A stretch of DNA of 64,000 bases from Octopus bimaculoides (lineage: Eukaryota). Both the position numbers and the translations under genes were made by a program. Shown here piece by piece: positions 12,834 through 25,620 of the stretch. Below the pieces are notes generated by a model. It saw only the letters and a program-made list of their open reading frames with translations. It ran no database searches and was not told the DNA's origin. The stretch lies in NCBI RefSeq assembly GCF_001194135.2, contig NC_068986.1, positions 68,358,062 to 68,422,061 on the forward strand. The letters run 5' to 3'. Within the stretch, counting starts at the first letter, position 1; each line of letters begins with the position of its first letter.

Positions 12834-14541
12834 CAGGGGTTGGACAAAATAATGGAAACACCTTAAAATTTCAAACAAATTTATTTTAATATTGGGTAGG
12901 ACCACCTTTGGCAGTAATTACAGCTTGAATTCTATGAGGTATGGACTTGTACAAAGTTTGAATTGTTTCCAAAGGAATTTTTGTCCATTCTTCAGCTAAA
13001 ATAGTCTCCAGTTCTTGTGATGATAGTGGAGGATATCGACTCCTTACTTGTTTCTCTAAAATGCACCATAAATGTTCAGTAATATTGAGATCTGGGGATT
13101 GTGGTGGGCAGATAAGATGTTCCACGTCACTAGAATGTTCCTTGTGCCATTCAGTAACAACTTTAGCTGTGTGAATTGGTGCATTATCATCCTGAAAGAT
13201 TGCATTTCCTTCCAGATACAGTTCCGCAGCCATAGGATGAATTTGATCAGATAAAATGCTTAAATAGTCTAGACTATTGGACTGGCAGATTTCCAAGATA
13301 TANNNNNNNNNNNNNNNNNNNNNNNNNNNNNNNNNNNNNNNNNNNNAGTTCCTCCTCCAGGTTTAACAGTTGGAAGAAGGCAGTCTGGGTTAAATGCTTC
13401 TTTTGGCTGTCCCTACACCAATACTCGGCTGGTGATCGGAAATAGAGTAAAGGATGACTTGCCCGAGAAAATAACATTCTTCCAGTACTCTAGGGACCAA
13501 TTCTGTTGTTGTTTACTCCACTCTAAATGCTTTGCAACATTTGTTTTTGAAAGTAGTGGTTTTCTGATTACAGCTCTCCCATGAAATCTGGCTTTGTGCA
13601 GCTCCTGGCAAACAGTTTTTGTGGAAACTTGGTGGTCCTTTCTAACAATTCACGTAAGAGTCTGACAGTCCCTATCTGAAAGTTTTAGTTTTCTTCCAGA
13701 GTTTTGTTTCGATGAGGAGATTTTTCCCTCTTTCTCAAAGACTGTCATTTTATTTGCCATAAAGGCAGTATACAGAGTAGCTGCGGGCTAGACAAACACA
13801 TTAATGAGATGAGATGAATGACGAACACAATAATATTAATGGGAGAAGACAGAAGCCCCTGCCGAACTCTGCTTCTCTAAAACATTGTTCTTTTATAGAT
13901 TTACAAATTGTGGCTATAAACCTCTTACTTCACAATTTCAATTTACATCATGTCTTTGAAATGAGGCACTTGCCTCTTACAATTTTTTTTTCATGGGCTA
14001 CATGCCCTTTCAATATGAGGCACTCGTCCTCTTACACTTTACCGCCCGACCAAGCTCAGTGCCTCACTCAAGCACCTCGATGGTTCGAGATCAGGCCACT
14101 TCAGCAAGTAGCAGAATGCGTCCTCGGGGAAGGAATCCATCACCCTGTACAAGTCATTTTCCCACACGACCTCCTCAACCACCTGCGGAGGCCAATCAGG
14201 GTCCTTAGTACAGGTGAGGGTCCAAACTTCTTGACAAATTCTTTAACAACCTCTCCCTTGTGGAATAGGATTACAAATTCTTCCTCATTCCAGGACGAGT
14301 CCACAATTTCTACTGTCAGTGGCACAATTCCCACTGACAGGCCTTCTTCCGTTGGTGGCACAATTCCCGCCAACGGAGCATCGGGACACACCGGCGGTGC
14401 ACTATCAGGCACCGACCATGTCCCGTTCTTCCTTTTTTTTCTTTTTGATACACCAAACATTTCGGCTGTTTTCATTACACTAGTTCCTACCATACGAGCA
14501 CCAATAATTTGATCTCTTTGAAAGTGCAATAGATCTGTCAT
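12834..14541 (-). mobile_element. Tc1-like transposon, copy B (DD36E), interrupted by a foreign insert
   Basis: TA + TIR CAGGGGTTGGACAAAATAATGGAAACACC at 12834; D(36)E motif DNAPIH...SPDLNITE; N-terminal HTH MTDLLHFQRDQIIGARMVG starts at 14541. Confidence 0.9.
13749..14440 (-). mobile_element. Insert of about 690 bp of unknown (probably retroposed) origin inside the Tc1 HTH region
   Basis: Transposase reading stops after GVSK (about 14443) and resumes at MTVFEKEGK (13748). The insert has a GC-richer coding-like part, an AT-rich 3' part ending AATAAA, and A-rich junctions. Confidence 0.65.
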
Positions 14542-14720
14542 TTTAATTAATTTTAATTACTTTTTTCTGATGATATCTAAAAATAAACAGCAAAATAGTC
14601 TCCAGTTCTTGTGATGATGGTGAAGGATATAAACTCCTTACTTGTTTCTCTAAAATGCACCATAAATGTTCAGTAATATTAAGCAAAAAACATAAAAATA
14701 AACAATTTTTNNNNNNNNNN

Positions 14721-14760
<40 letters not shown>

Positions 14761-15189
14761 CTCTACATATATCTATCTATCTATGCATATATGTGTGTTT
14801 GTGTATATATGTGTGTGTGTGTGTGTGCATATATATTATATATATATTGTATATATTATATGTATATATATATATATATAATATGTATAAGTATATATAT
14901 ATTATATGTATACATAATATATATATATGTATATGTATAATATTGAGTATGTTATAGAAAGTATGGGCTATTTACAGAGTGCTCGTAGAGAGCTAATGCA
15001 TAAAAATACAATGTAGAGGAAAATGAAAGTGCAAATCCTAGGCAGTCAACCAAATTCCTGAACACATAAATGAAGATATTCAATCAACATAATCGAATCA
15101 TATATATTTGTACACATCAACATAAATCATGCATGTACAGGTGTAAAGATTCTCCAAGGGTACAAAGAATAAAACCAAACATACATAAA

Positions 15190-15845
15190 AATATAGGAGA
15201 AATATAAAAGCATATAAAAATACATATGAAATCACATATAAATAAGGGTTACACGTAAAAAGTTATGCGTGATAAATATAGGAGGCAGAAAACAAATGAG
15301 AGGTTGATAAATATAGGAATAAAAATTTCAATCTTCAAAATGGCTGAGATAAAAGTGACACAAGATATTGAGGTTAAGAACAATAAATAAAAAGGGTCTG
15401 AAAAATAGGAGAGTGTTCCATCTATGGTCGTTTCAGGGGTACGTTACCGGTCAGGGTTAAAAAATTAAAAACTCCATATATGTAATGTCACCATCAACAG
15501 GATGATGTGCTCCTTGGTGTATATCATACATTTTTTAACCCTGACCAGTAATGTACCCTTGAAACGGTCATAGATGGAACACCCTCCTACTTTTCAGATC
15601 CTTTTTATTTATTGTTCTTAACTTTGATATCTTGTGTCATTTTTATCTCATATCTTAGATGTATCAGGAAGTTTAGACGATTTAAGTGGTCTGCCATTTT
15701 GAAGATTGACATTTTTATTCCTATATTTATCAACCTCTCATTCGTTTTCTGCCTCCTATATTTATCACACATAACTTTTATGTGATTTTATATGTATTTT
15801 TATATGCTTCTATATTTTAATATGTTTTTATATTTCTCCTATATT
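15190..15845. repeat. Long fold-back inverted repeat (arms about 276 and 316 bp, 64-nt loop)
   Basis: 15190-15465 is the reverse complement of 15530-15845; the right arm carries an extra block of about 40 bp. Confidence 0.9.
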
Positions 15846-16377
15846 CCAAGCTAGTCAAGTCTGTGGAACGTGAAGGCCAGTTGACATTGCCATAGCTGGA
15901 GATTATTCTCTCTCCAAAGCACTGCTGTAGCAACTGTATTGTTTCTCTTGCGGTATGAGCAGTTGCCCCATCTTGCTGAAACCATGTGTGAGGTCTACTT
16001 TGATTGGCCTTCACGTTCCCCAGATTTGACTAGCCCAGATTTTTTCTTGTGGGGATACCTGAAAGAGAGGGTTTACATAAACAAACTGGTGCAACTGAAG
16101 GAGAACATCAATAGAGAAATCAGAGAAGTGGGATCTGAAACTCTTGAGGGTGTTATGGTACAAGCTTTGGAAAGAGCACAGGCATGCGAAGTTAAAAATG
16201 GCTGCCATTTAAGCAATTGTCATTTTTTACATATCATGTAGAGGTGTTGCAAATTTGACTTGTGAATATTAATTTGCATTTTGTCCTTTATATTGTATCA
16301 AACTTTCATGCATTTATTTGTAAAGTTAAGGAAGTTATTAAAAACTGAAACCCATCAGCGTGTTTTGGGTCACCCTG
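15846..16377. mobile_element. Rearranged Tc1/mariner remnant, DD41D (rosa/Visitor) class
   Basis: Minus segment QQDGATAHT...WPSRSTDLT and plus segment WPSRSPDLTSPDFFLWGYLKE join to give a 41-residue D-D spacing; terminal CACCCTG at 16371-16377. Confidence 0.8.
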
Positions 16378-16404
16378 TGTGTATATATATATATATATAT
16401 ATAA

Positions 16405-16560
16405 GTTCAAAAAAAGGAAAAAGACAAAATAACAACATGAGGACGTGATACAGATTGTGTTACTAGATGCTCGGGAAAGGAAAGAGAGAGAATATGACGT
16501 TTCCAGCGGAGTTCTTCATCGGAAACAAGGAAAGTCCAAAGAAGGGGAAAACGGAGGAAG
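16405..16560 (-). mobile_element. Short repeat between (TA)n tracts carrying a degenerate hammerhead-like core
   Basis: Minus strand GTTT-CCGATGA-AGAACTCCGCTG-GAAA-CGTCA; core U4 is substituted and stems I/II are imperfect. Confidence 0.4.
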
Positions 16561-16698
16561 AAAAAAATATATATATATATATGAGGTGGGGATGAAAAGT
16601 TCCTGGCTTTGAGTANNNNNNNNNNATATGGAATTACCCATATACACACACACACACATATATTTTCAATTAATCGACTGAAAATTGATAAAATTGTA

Positions 16699-16747
<49 letters not shown>

Positions 16748-17173
16748 GACGCATTAGGATATTGCTTAGGCATAGCAATACTAATAACCAGTTGTTAGAA
16801 TTTTGGTTTGTTTTTTTGTTTTTTTTGGTTTTTTAGTAATAATACCATAAGAAGTGTATTTCCCTGGTTTCACATGATTTCCATTTATGCAGTGAGTCAT
16901 AGAAGAATCTGTCATTTAAACTAAGGAGGACACACATACGCACACATGTACAAGTGTGTGTGTGTGTGTATATGTTTTATGTCATACTAAATATAAAACA
17001 AAAATTTTACATTAAACTGGGAAGTACTTAGTACATTTTTGTAGAATACATTTATTAGCTTTTACAAGGAAAAGGCTAACAGAAACTTCGAAGCTTGTTT
17101 GCTTGGTTTCATTGAACAGTTTGATGTATGTGTGTGTATATACCTATATGGATATATATCTATATATATATAT

Positions 17174-17205
<32 letters not shown>

Positions 17206-17724
17206 NNNNNNNNNNNNNNNNNNNNNNNNNNNNNNNNNNNNNNNNNNNNNNNNNNNNNNNNNNNNNNNNNNNNNNNNNNNNNNNNNNNNNNNNNNNNNNN
17301 NNNNNNNNNNNNNNNNNNNNNNNNNNNNNNNNNNNNNNNNNNNNNNNNNNNNNNNNNNNNNNNNNNNNNNNNNNNNNNNNNNNNNNNNNNNNNNNNNNNN
17401 NNNNNNNNNNNNNNNNNNNNNNNNNNNNNNNNNNNNNNNNNNNNNNNNNNNNNNNNNNNNNNNNNNNNNNNNNNNNNNNNNNNNNNNNNNNNNNNNNNNN
17501 NNNNNNNNNNNNNNNNNNNNNNNNNNNNNNNNNNNNNNNNNNNNNNNNNNNNNNNNNNNNNNNNNNNNNNNNNNNNNNNNNNNNNNNNNNNNNNNNNNNN
17601 NNNNNNNNNNNNNNNNNNNNNNNNNNNNNNNNNNNNNNNNNNNNNNNNNNNNNNNNNNNNNNNNNNNNNNNNNNNNNNNNNNNNNNNNNNNNNNNNNNNN
17701 NNNNNNNNNNNNNNNNNNNNNNNN

Positions 17725-17758
<34 letters not shown>

Positions 17759-18134
17759 CCACCTTCAGTCATGAATGACCATGGGATTATACCTAGAAAG
17801 TTTCCCTTCAAGGGAAATATATATATACGGAAGGATGGCAGCCACAGCGGCAATGACAACAATGACAGTTATTGTTGTTATAGTGATGGATTAATATTTA
17901 GAAGTTTGGCCAGGAGAAGATAATTAATTTTGCACATATTTCTTTTAACCAAAGTATTGATTGGTGGAAACTGAAAGAAGCCTGCTGCGTATATATATTT
18001 GTATGTACATATATATGTACCTACTTATGTATGTACATATATATGCATATATATATATACATATACATATATATATATACACATGTATATATACATATTG
18101 CTAGCATGGAAGGCGGACGTTAAACGATGTTGAT

Positions 18135-18465
18135 CATCATCATCATCGTTTAACGTCCGCTTTCCATGCTAGCATGGGTTGGACGATTTGACTGAGGACT
18201 GGCGAACCAGATGGCTGCACCAGGCTCCAACCTGATCTGGCAGAGTTTCTACAGCTGGATGCCCTTCCTAACGCCAACCACTCTGAGAGTGTAGTGGATG
18301 TTTTTACGTGCCACCGGCATGAGGGCCGGTCTAGCGGTACTGTCAATGGCCATGCTCAAATGGTGTTTTTTATGTGCCACTTGCACAGGAGTCAGTCCAT
18401 TGGTACTGGCAATGACCTCGCTCGAATGTTTTGTTCACGTGCCACCAGCACAAGTGCCAGTAATA
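18135..18465 (-). mobile_element. RTE-tailed element with internal units of about 60 bp
   Basis: Same 3' tail and (GAT)n as the RTE ends; three degenerate internal units; related copies at 52215-52505 and 60012-61000. Confidence 0.75.
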
Positions 18466-18479
18466 TGCATATGCAAATT

Positions 18480-18715
18480 GTTGTTGTTGGCACTCTGTCA
18501 CTTACAACGTTGAGGGTTCCAGTTGATCCGATCAATGGAACAGCCTGCTCGTGAAATTAACGTGCAAGTGACTGAGCACTCCACAGACACGTGTACCCTT
18601 AACGTAGTTCTCAGGGATATTCAGCACGACACAGTGTGACAAGGCTGACCCTTTGAATTACAGGCACAACAGAAACAGGAAGCAAGAGTGAGAGAAAGTT
18701 GTGGTGGAAGAATAT
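18480..18715 (-). mobile_element. SINE family A, 5'-truncated
   Basis: Reverse complement of the 3' two-thirds of 5645-6030. Confidence 0.8.
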
Positions 18716-19439
18716 TTTCACTCTAGGCATCAGTAATTTGAAGAAAAGAAATGAACTGTTAATGTTGTCTTTGCCTTGGCTAAGTACCTTTTATGCAAAT
18801 ACAAGCTTCTCTGATTTTTGTTCTGGGTCAGAGAAAAAAAAACGTAAGCTTTTAAAATATTCAATCAATAGGTTTTATTGATAAATGTTTTAATATTTGT
18901 GTGTGTCTATATATGAGTATATGTATTTCTGTATATGTGTATATGTATGCATGTCTGTACCTATGTATTCAAGAATATATAATTCTGTGTATATATGTGT
19001 CTATGAGCATGTATATGTATGTATCCGCATAGGCACATGTAAAATGAACACCCACATACACACTCATTGTTTTTAAAAACATTAATTAAAAGTATTAATT
19101 AAAAGTATTATTTTGGAACATTGTTTAAACTGTAATGCAATTTCATGACTTTGGTTGCATGGAATTTATGACATTTTTATAATAATATTACCATGAGAAC
19201 TAGAAATGAAATCAAAAGCATGAGCTTGAAGCAACCATTTTTATATATGCCATTCACAGTGGTTTTTAAATGAAAGACCATAATGGTAAGTGTTTCTGTC
19301 AAACTTTAATTTCATATTTTTAAAAATAGTGAATATTCAAAAGAAAACCAGATCTGGTTTACCAGCTGATTATTGGTAACAAACAATTCAGGGTATTAAA
19401 AATTAGAGCCTTTTAGTTGTAATGTAAAGGATAAAAGGG

Positions 19440-19778
19440 TAAAGAGCCCCTTCAGTCATGAATGACTATGAGATTGCACCCAGAAAGTTCTTCTCAGAGA
19501 CACAAGTCCGGGCAAGGTTGTTTATGGAAGACCAGCAGTCATCCATGCATACAAGGCTCCCCTGTCCATGCCACTGATGTTATCCAAAGGAAAGGCAAAG
19601 GTTGATAGAGCTTGGCATCAGTGATGTCACAATTCAGTTTTACAGCTGAGTGAACCGGAACAATGTGAAATAAAGTATCTTGCTCAAGAACACAACACAT
19701 AGCTTGGTCCAGGAATTGAACTCGCTGCTTCATGATTGTTAGCCCAACGCTCTAACCACTGTGTCATGTGGCTTCCAG
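19440..19778 (-). mobile_element. SINE family C
   Basis: Reverse-complement similarity to 1270-1580. Confidence 0.75.
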
Positions 19779-22310
19779 GTGCCCTGCAAAAACACTAACA
19801 TCAACTTTGACCTAACTAGACCGAACCCTGACTTCAGACAGCCTACAAGCGAATCAGATTTCAGTTTCAAAGCAAACACCCCCCTCACTCTCCAACCCTG
19901 ACTAACAAAAAATTAACTCCACTCAGTTCACTTTGAAGCTAGCCAAAAGGATAGACCCTGAAGAAGCTGCACCATAAATCTTGTCAGTTTGCTTCTGCAA
20001 CTACTCATAATCTGTGCAGTGGAAACACATCCAGGTCATAAAGACCATAACATATGCTGCATGAAATTGTAAAATAAGAGGAAATAGATTCTGAGGATGA
20101 ATAAGACTCCATGTCTTGTATTGTTATAATTATTGCTAATATATACTCCAGACAATATTACCATTCAGTGAAGCGAACACAGAATTGTGTATCAGAGGAA
20201 TTTACAGAGTGACTGACAACTAAAAGTAGTCATAGACATTAAATACTGATTGATGTGGTTAGCCATACCCAAGAACATGACTGAAAGCCACCATAGTATC
20301 TGCCCAGATGATATATCCCTCAAAACTCACGCACACACATGTGATACATTTTGTGATTGCTCTGAAATGCATTGTCAGTGATGCTTCTGGGGTATCAGGA
20401 GGTTTCAGGTCTTTCAGCATCACCACCACCCTCATCCTGTTGACCCAGCCCAGGTTGATTAAGTCCCAGCTTGCATCTCACTGGTCTACCCTCTTTATCC
20501 CATGACTTCAGCTGATGGAATTTCAGTGATGGAACTTACAGTCCTTTTTATATATGTGAGAGTGTATGTTTGTGTTTCCTTGCTTTGAAATGGTGTGGTA
20601 GTTGTAAGTGAGTGTCACTATCATACAAACAGTGTCATTAATCTCCAACATTCTGCAAGAATATGTTTAACCATGGGTAAATATTACCTTGTTTGGAGGC
20701 AGGTAAGGGTTGGCGACAGGTAGAGCATACAGCCATAGAAAATCAGCCTCAAATAAACTCCATTCAACCCTTTCAAGCAGAGAAAAGTAGACGTTAAATG
20801 ATATCTGAATGAAAAATTATGCATTTGGAATGATAATGGCATACCCACTGTCACTGTGGAAAATATGGAAGACAAGAGAGTGGTGTGGAGGTAGTATTAT
20901 AAGGACACAAATGCAATGACATAAATTCCAGGCTACTAGAGAAAAAAACAAAAAAAACAGCTCTTCTTCATCAAGACAGAATATCTCCCAGAACTGAGGA
21001 TCCCAACTGAAGCAAACACTACCACCAACACCACCCATCATCACTACCATTATCATCTGTAGAAATAACCTCTGCCAACCACAAACCAACAGTACAGCTA
21101 CACTAAAGACGATGATGCTGAGTCATTCCACCTAATTAGTCATTGTTACTAAAATGCAATGTTCTAGTAACTTTTCTGAAGTAGTGAGCATTTCATCTCA
21201 AGCCCTTTCTAGTTTTGAAAATATTTAACAAAATATAAATAATAATTCTAACTTGTGTGTCAGTTGAGGGTGTGATCCACCTCACTGTAAGTGGCACTCT
21301 GTCGGTTAGGATGACAAAGGTTTCAGTTGATCTGATCAACAGAACAGCCTGCTTGTGAAATAAACATACAAATGGTTGAGCACTCCAGAGACATGTGTAC
21401 TCTTATCATAGTTCTCATGGAGATTCAGTGTGACACAGAATATGAAAAGGCCAAAGGTGATCATTTCATAACATCAAACCCTTTCCAGTCTTAAAATTTT
21501 TTTAACAAAATATAAATACATTATTCTAACTGGTGTGTCGTGTCAGTTAACGGTATGATCCATCTCACCATAGACGTAAGGAGAAAGTAAAGTGTCCATG
21601 TGACTCATCATTTTACATCCACTTTTCCATGCTTGCATAAGTCAGACAGTGTTTATTGAGGCAGATTTTTTACAACCATATGTCCTTCCTGTTGCCAATG
21701 AATAAAGCAATTAAGTGGCATGATGACAAGTGTTCCAGTTGATGTGATCAATGGAGCAACTTGCTTGTGAAATTAATGTGCAAGTGGCTGAGTACTCCAC
21801 AGACACATGTATTCCTAACTTAGCTTTCAGTGAGATTCAACTTAACACAGAATGTGACAAGGCAGGCCCTTTGAAATACATTTTTGCCAGCTGAATGAAC
21901 TGGAGTGAAAATAATGTGTTTTGCTCAAAGACACAACACGCCACCAGGTATTAAACTCAACCTTATGATCATGAATACCACATAGCCATGCCTACCATTT
22001 TGCTCAGTGAATTTTGTGAAGCCTAATTTTAGTAATACTAATGTTAGTCATAGTATAATCAGTGTGACAGGACACCCAATGACAATCACCACAATATGCC
22101 ACTGATGCCTACACCTATATATGCGAGCATTTTTTAAATTGCATAATTTGTAACCAAAATTTAGTCACCAGTCTAATCTACACAAAGTTGTAAAGTTGTT
22201 GTGTCCCCAGGTGAACTGGAGAAGCAATAAAGTCAGATAGTGTCACACTATTTTTTCAAACTCTGCAATTCTGAGTTTAGCTTCTACAAAGGTCAGCTTT
22301 GCCTTTTAGC

Positions 22311-23000
22311 CCAGCAGTTCTTGGTCATTTTTTACCTGTGGACTCTTTTTATTCCTATTTTACTTAGGTGGACCCTCATAACCATTCCATGTTTTAAAAA
22401 TCCTATTATATTTTTGTAAGTAAATATTATTAAGGATTGTATAAAAAAAATTGTTAAAATATTTTGCACATTATTTTTTTATTCTTTTATTTGTTTCAGT
22501 CATTTAACTGTGACCATGCTGGAGCACCACCTTGAAGGGTTTTAGTCGAATAAATCAACCCCAGGACTTATGTTTTTGAGCCTAGTACTTATTCTATCAG
22601 TTTCTTTTGTCAAACCACTAAGTTACAGGGGCATAAACACCGGTTGTCAAGCAGTGATGGTGAGACAAACACTGACACAAAGACACACATACATACATGC
22701 ACACACAAACACACATACATACATACATGCATACACACACACACATGCACACACACACACATATATGATGAGCTTCTTTCAGTTTCTGTCTACCAAATCC
22801 ACTCACAAGGCTTTAGTAGAAGACATTTGCTCAAGATGCCACACAGTGAGACTGAACCAGGAACCATGTGGTTGGGAAGCAGGCTTCTTACTACACAGTC
22901 ACATGTAAAAGTATAACCAATTTATTGCATATAAATTATAACAGCAAAATCTTGTATGGACCCAACCAAGGGTTATGTGGACTCTGTCTGAGAACCACAG
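22311..23000. mobile_element. hAT-type MITE with a nested SINE family B (about 22485-22910)
   Basis: Ends CAGCAGTTCTT and GAGAACCACAG; internal similarity to 39841-40965. Confidence 0.65.
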
Positions 23001-23589
23001 TTTTAGCCTTTCAGAATTGATCCAGAATTAGTAGAACTATCAGATCATCAGATGGGTGTATTGCAGCATCTGTTGCAATGTCTATTTGTGTTCTGATCAC
23101 CACATCTGTGACAACACCTGTGCCCTGTTGTATCTACCTTTCCCTTGTACATCATCAGTGGTGCAGAGAGAAGAAACTTGCTGCATAGACAGCTGTTGAT
23201 CTACCTTAAAAAAAAAAAAAAGAAATCAGATATCATGGTCAGCCATGATTGAAGAGGAACCTTAGCTCCAAGGAAAATTCAAATCAAGCAGATCTATGAC
23301 ATATAAATAGTAGGTGAATGATTTGCTGAAATCCACAGATTTTATTGCTCCAAATTTGCTATACACAAGTGTGGCTGTGTGGTAAGGTATTTGCTTCTCA
23401 ACCACATAGTTCCAGGTTCAGTCCCACTGCACAGCACCTTCAGCAAACATCTACTATAGCTTCAGGCTATGTGTGTGTGTGCATTATGTATGTGTTTATG
23501 TCCCTCAAACTTCACTCCACCATCTTTTATCGATGTTAGCTGAGAGATTTCAAACTTGTGTGAACTATTTTGAAAAATTATTTCTGTAA

Positions 23590-23940
23590 GTGCAGGCATG
23601 GGTGTTTGGTTAAGAAGCTTGCTTTGCAGCCGCATGGTCTCAGGTTCAGCCCCACTGCATGGCATCTTGGACAAGCATCTTCTATTGTAGCCCTAAGTGG
23701 ACCAATGCTTTGTGAATAAATAGTTTGCTTGATAGAAACAGTATAGAAGCTTATCATGTTTGTGTGTGTGTTTGTCTCCCCTACCTCACTGCTTGACTAT
23801 GATGTTGGTTTGTTTACATCTTCATAATTATGTGAGACCAGCTAAATATTAGTGCTGGGGTCACTTTGTTTGACTAAATCCCTTCAAGGCAGTGCCCCAG
23901 CATGGTCAGAGTTCAATGACTGAAACTAATAAAATATAAA
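23590..23940 (+). mobile_element. tRNA-derived SINE family B
   Basis: tRNA-like head (GGTTCAGCCCCAC), central CTTGGACAAGCATCTTCTATTGTAGCC segment, internal (TG)n, 3' TGACTGAAAC. Confidence 0.75.
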
Positions 23941-25189
23941 GAATAAATTTTTTTTTTGTAGATTCCCCATTTGCTTACAATTTGAAAGGCAAGTTAGGGA
24001 CCCATCATAATATCCTTTCTACAATAGGCACAAGGCCTGAAATTTTGCGGAAGGGGTCTTGTCAGTTACCAGAAAGAAATGTGCTGAAGTTAAAATCTTA
24101 GCAAATAAAGACAGTTATTACTTCCCTTCCTTTCAATCATATAATCCTTTCTACTTTAAGCACGACCTGAAATTTGGGGGGAGGGGAGGGGAGTTAATTA
24201 CCTCCACTTGGTACTCAACAGGTATGTATTTCATCAACCCTGGAAATATGAAAGGCAAAGTCATCTTTCAACAGAATTTGAGCCCAACCCATGCCAGCTC
24301 CCCACCTTAGGTAACCATCATTTATATCAAGGAAGATCATCAGTTAAGCTGCTGGCTCCAGTGATTAATCTTTTAGACCAGGCTAGAGTATACTGCAGCT
24401 TCATGACTTTCTGAATGGTACACATAACAAAAATTTATCTTGAAAATATTTTAGAACTGATCCACTTAATGATGAGCTATGTTACATGCAGCCCTCTTCT
24501 CGAAAAGGTTGTTCATACCTGTTGTAGACTACTGATTAAACTGTGTAACAATTTTTTTTTTTTTTTTTTCGTCTTTGGTCAATCAATGTTATTTCCTGTA
24601 TTCTTTTGTCTAGAAATCAGAGGAAATGACAATTATTCCTTTCAAAATTTGCTTTTGTGGCCTGGACATCAATGTTTCAAAACTGACCTATTTTGCATTA
24701 CATTTCAGACAGTTTTAGCGCTGAGCTGCTGAAGCAGAAATATCACAGAAATGCTCAATACCACAGATTTGCTTGTCAGTTGCTTGACCTTGACCACTTG
24801 AGCATGTCACCTAGTGGCTGACAATATGTGCATCTCTGATCATGAGTAGAAGTAGTAGGGAGCATCATAGCCACACGTTGAGAAGGATTTTTTGGAGTGT
24901 GAATAAATGTAAAAGCAAAAGTTTGAAGGAAATGTTAACCATTTTTCATACTTTTTAGGAAATAACAAATAGGAAATAGGAAATAACAGTTGCTACCCAA
25001 GGACAATAATCATGTTACGCAGTGGTATTAATGTAAGAAATATAAGTTTAATCTCTTAAGAAATACTTAAAAAGTTTAATATTTTGAGAAAGAGAAGTTG
25101 TGGGTAGTTGTTGACCAGGATTCAGAACTCTGTACAGTAGAAACAACCATGAACTATGCAAAGGGAAACATTAATACTGAATTTGCAAC

Positions 25190-25214
25190 AACAACAGCAT
25201 TGGCAGTGGTGGCG

Positions 25215-25248
<34 letters not shown>

Positions 25249-25279
25249 TAGTAGTAGCAGCAGCAGTAAAAGTAGAAGT

Positions 25280-25311
<32 letters not shown>

Positions 25312-25330
25312 TAGCAGCAGCACTAGCACT
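25190..25330. repeat. Compound (AGC)n/(AGT)n microsatellite
   Basis: Directly visible; explains the poly-A/V and poly-T/A ORFs. Confidence 0.95.
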
Positions 25331-25532
25331 AGTTTTTCCCTGACACACTAGTTCCATTATATTTGAAAAGTGCTTGTAATAAAACTTAGAATTTTATACA
25401 TCTTTCTTCATTTCTCCTTATACTTGATTAAACAAGAAGGCAAACTCCACCCTGACACACCACACACACACACACACACAGAGTTCCATAGATTATTGTT
25501 TAAAAGATAGTATCTTCTTCCTCTTTTCATAG

Positions 25533-25620
25533 ATTGTGCAAACGCTGATGAAGCATTGAAGAGAGTTCAGAGTAGATGCAAAGAAGAAATGGCTGACCTA
25601 CATGCTGACGAAAATTGCGA
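25533..25620 (+). CDS. Internal exon of an uncharacterised Cys-rich protein ((D)CANADEALKRVQSRCKEEMADLHADENC)
   Basis: Acceptor CTTTTCATAG and donor GTAAGT (25621); 88 bp, open, phase 1 to 2, joins the next exon in frame. Confidence 0.75.

Noticed and set aside
13814-14512. 232-aa plus-strand ORF as a host gene
   Set aside because: It lies antisense across the Tc1 insert and transposase start, with no recognisable domain or splice context; treated as a shadow ORF.
23125-23165. Other CTGANGA hits as hammerheads (23150, 63425, 12430, 27155, 49813)
   Set aside because: No correctly placed GAAA with pairing stems I-III.
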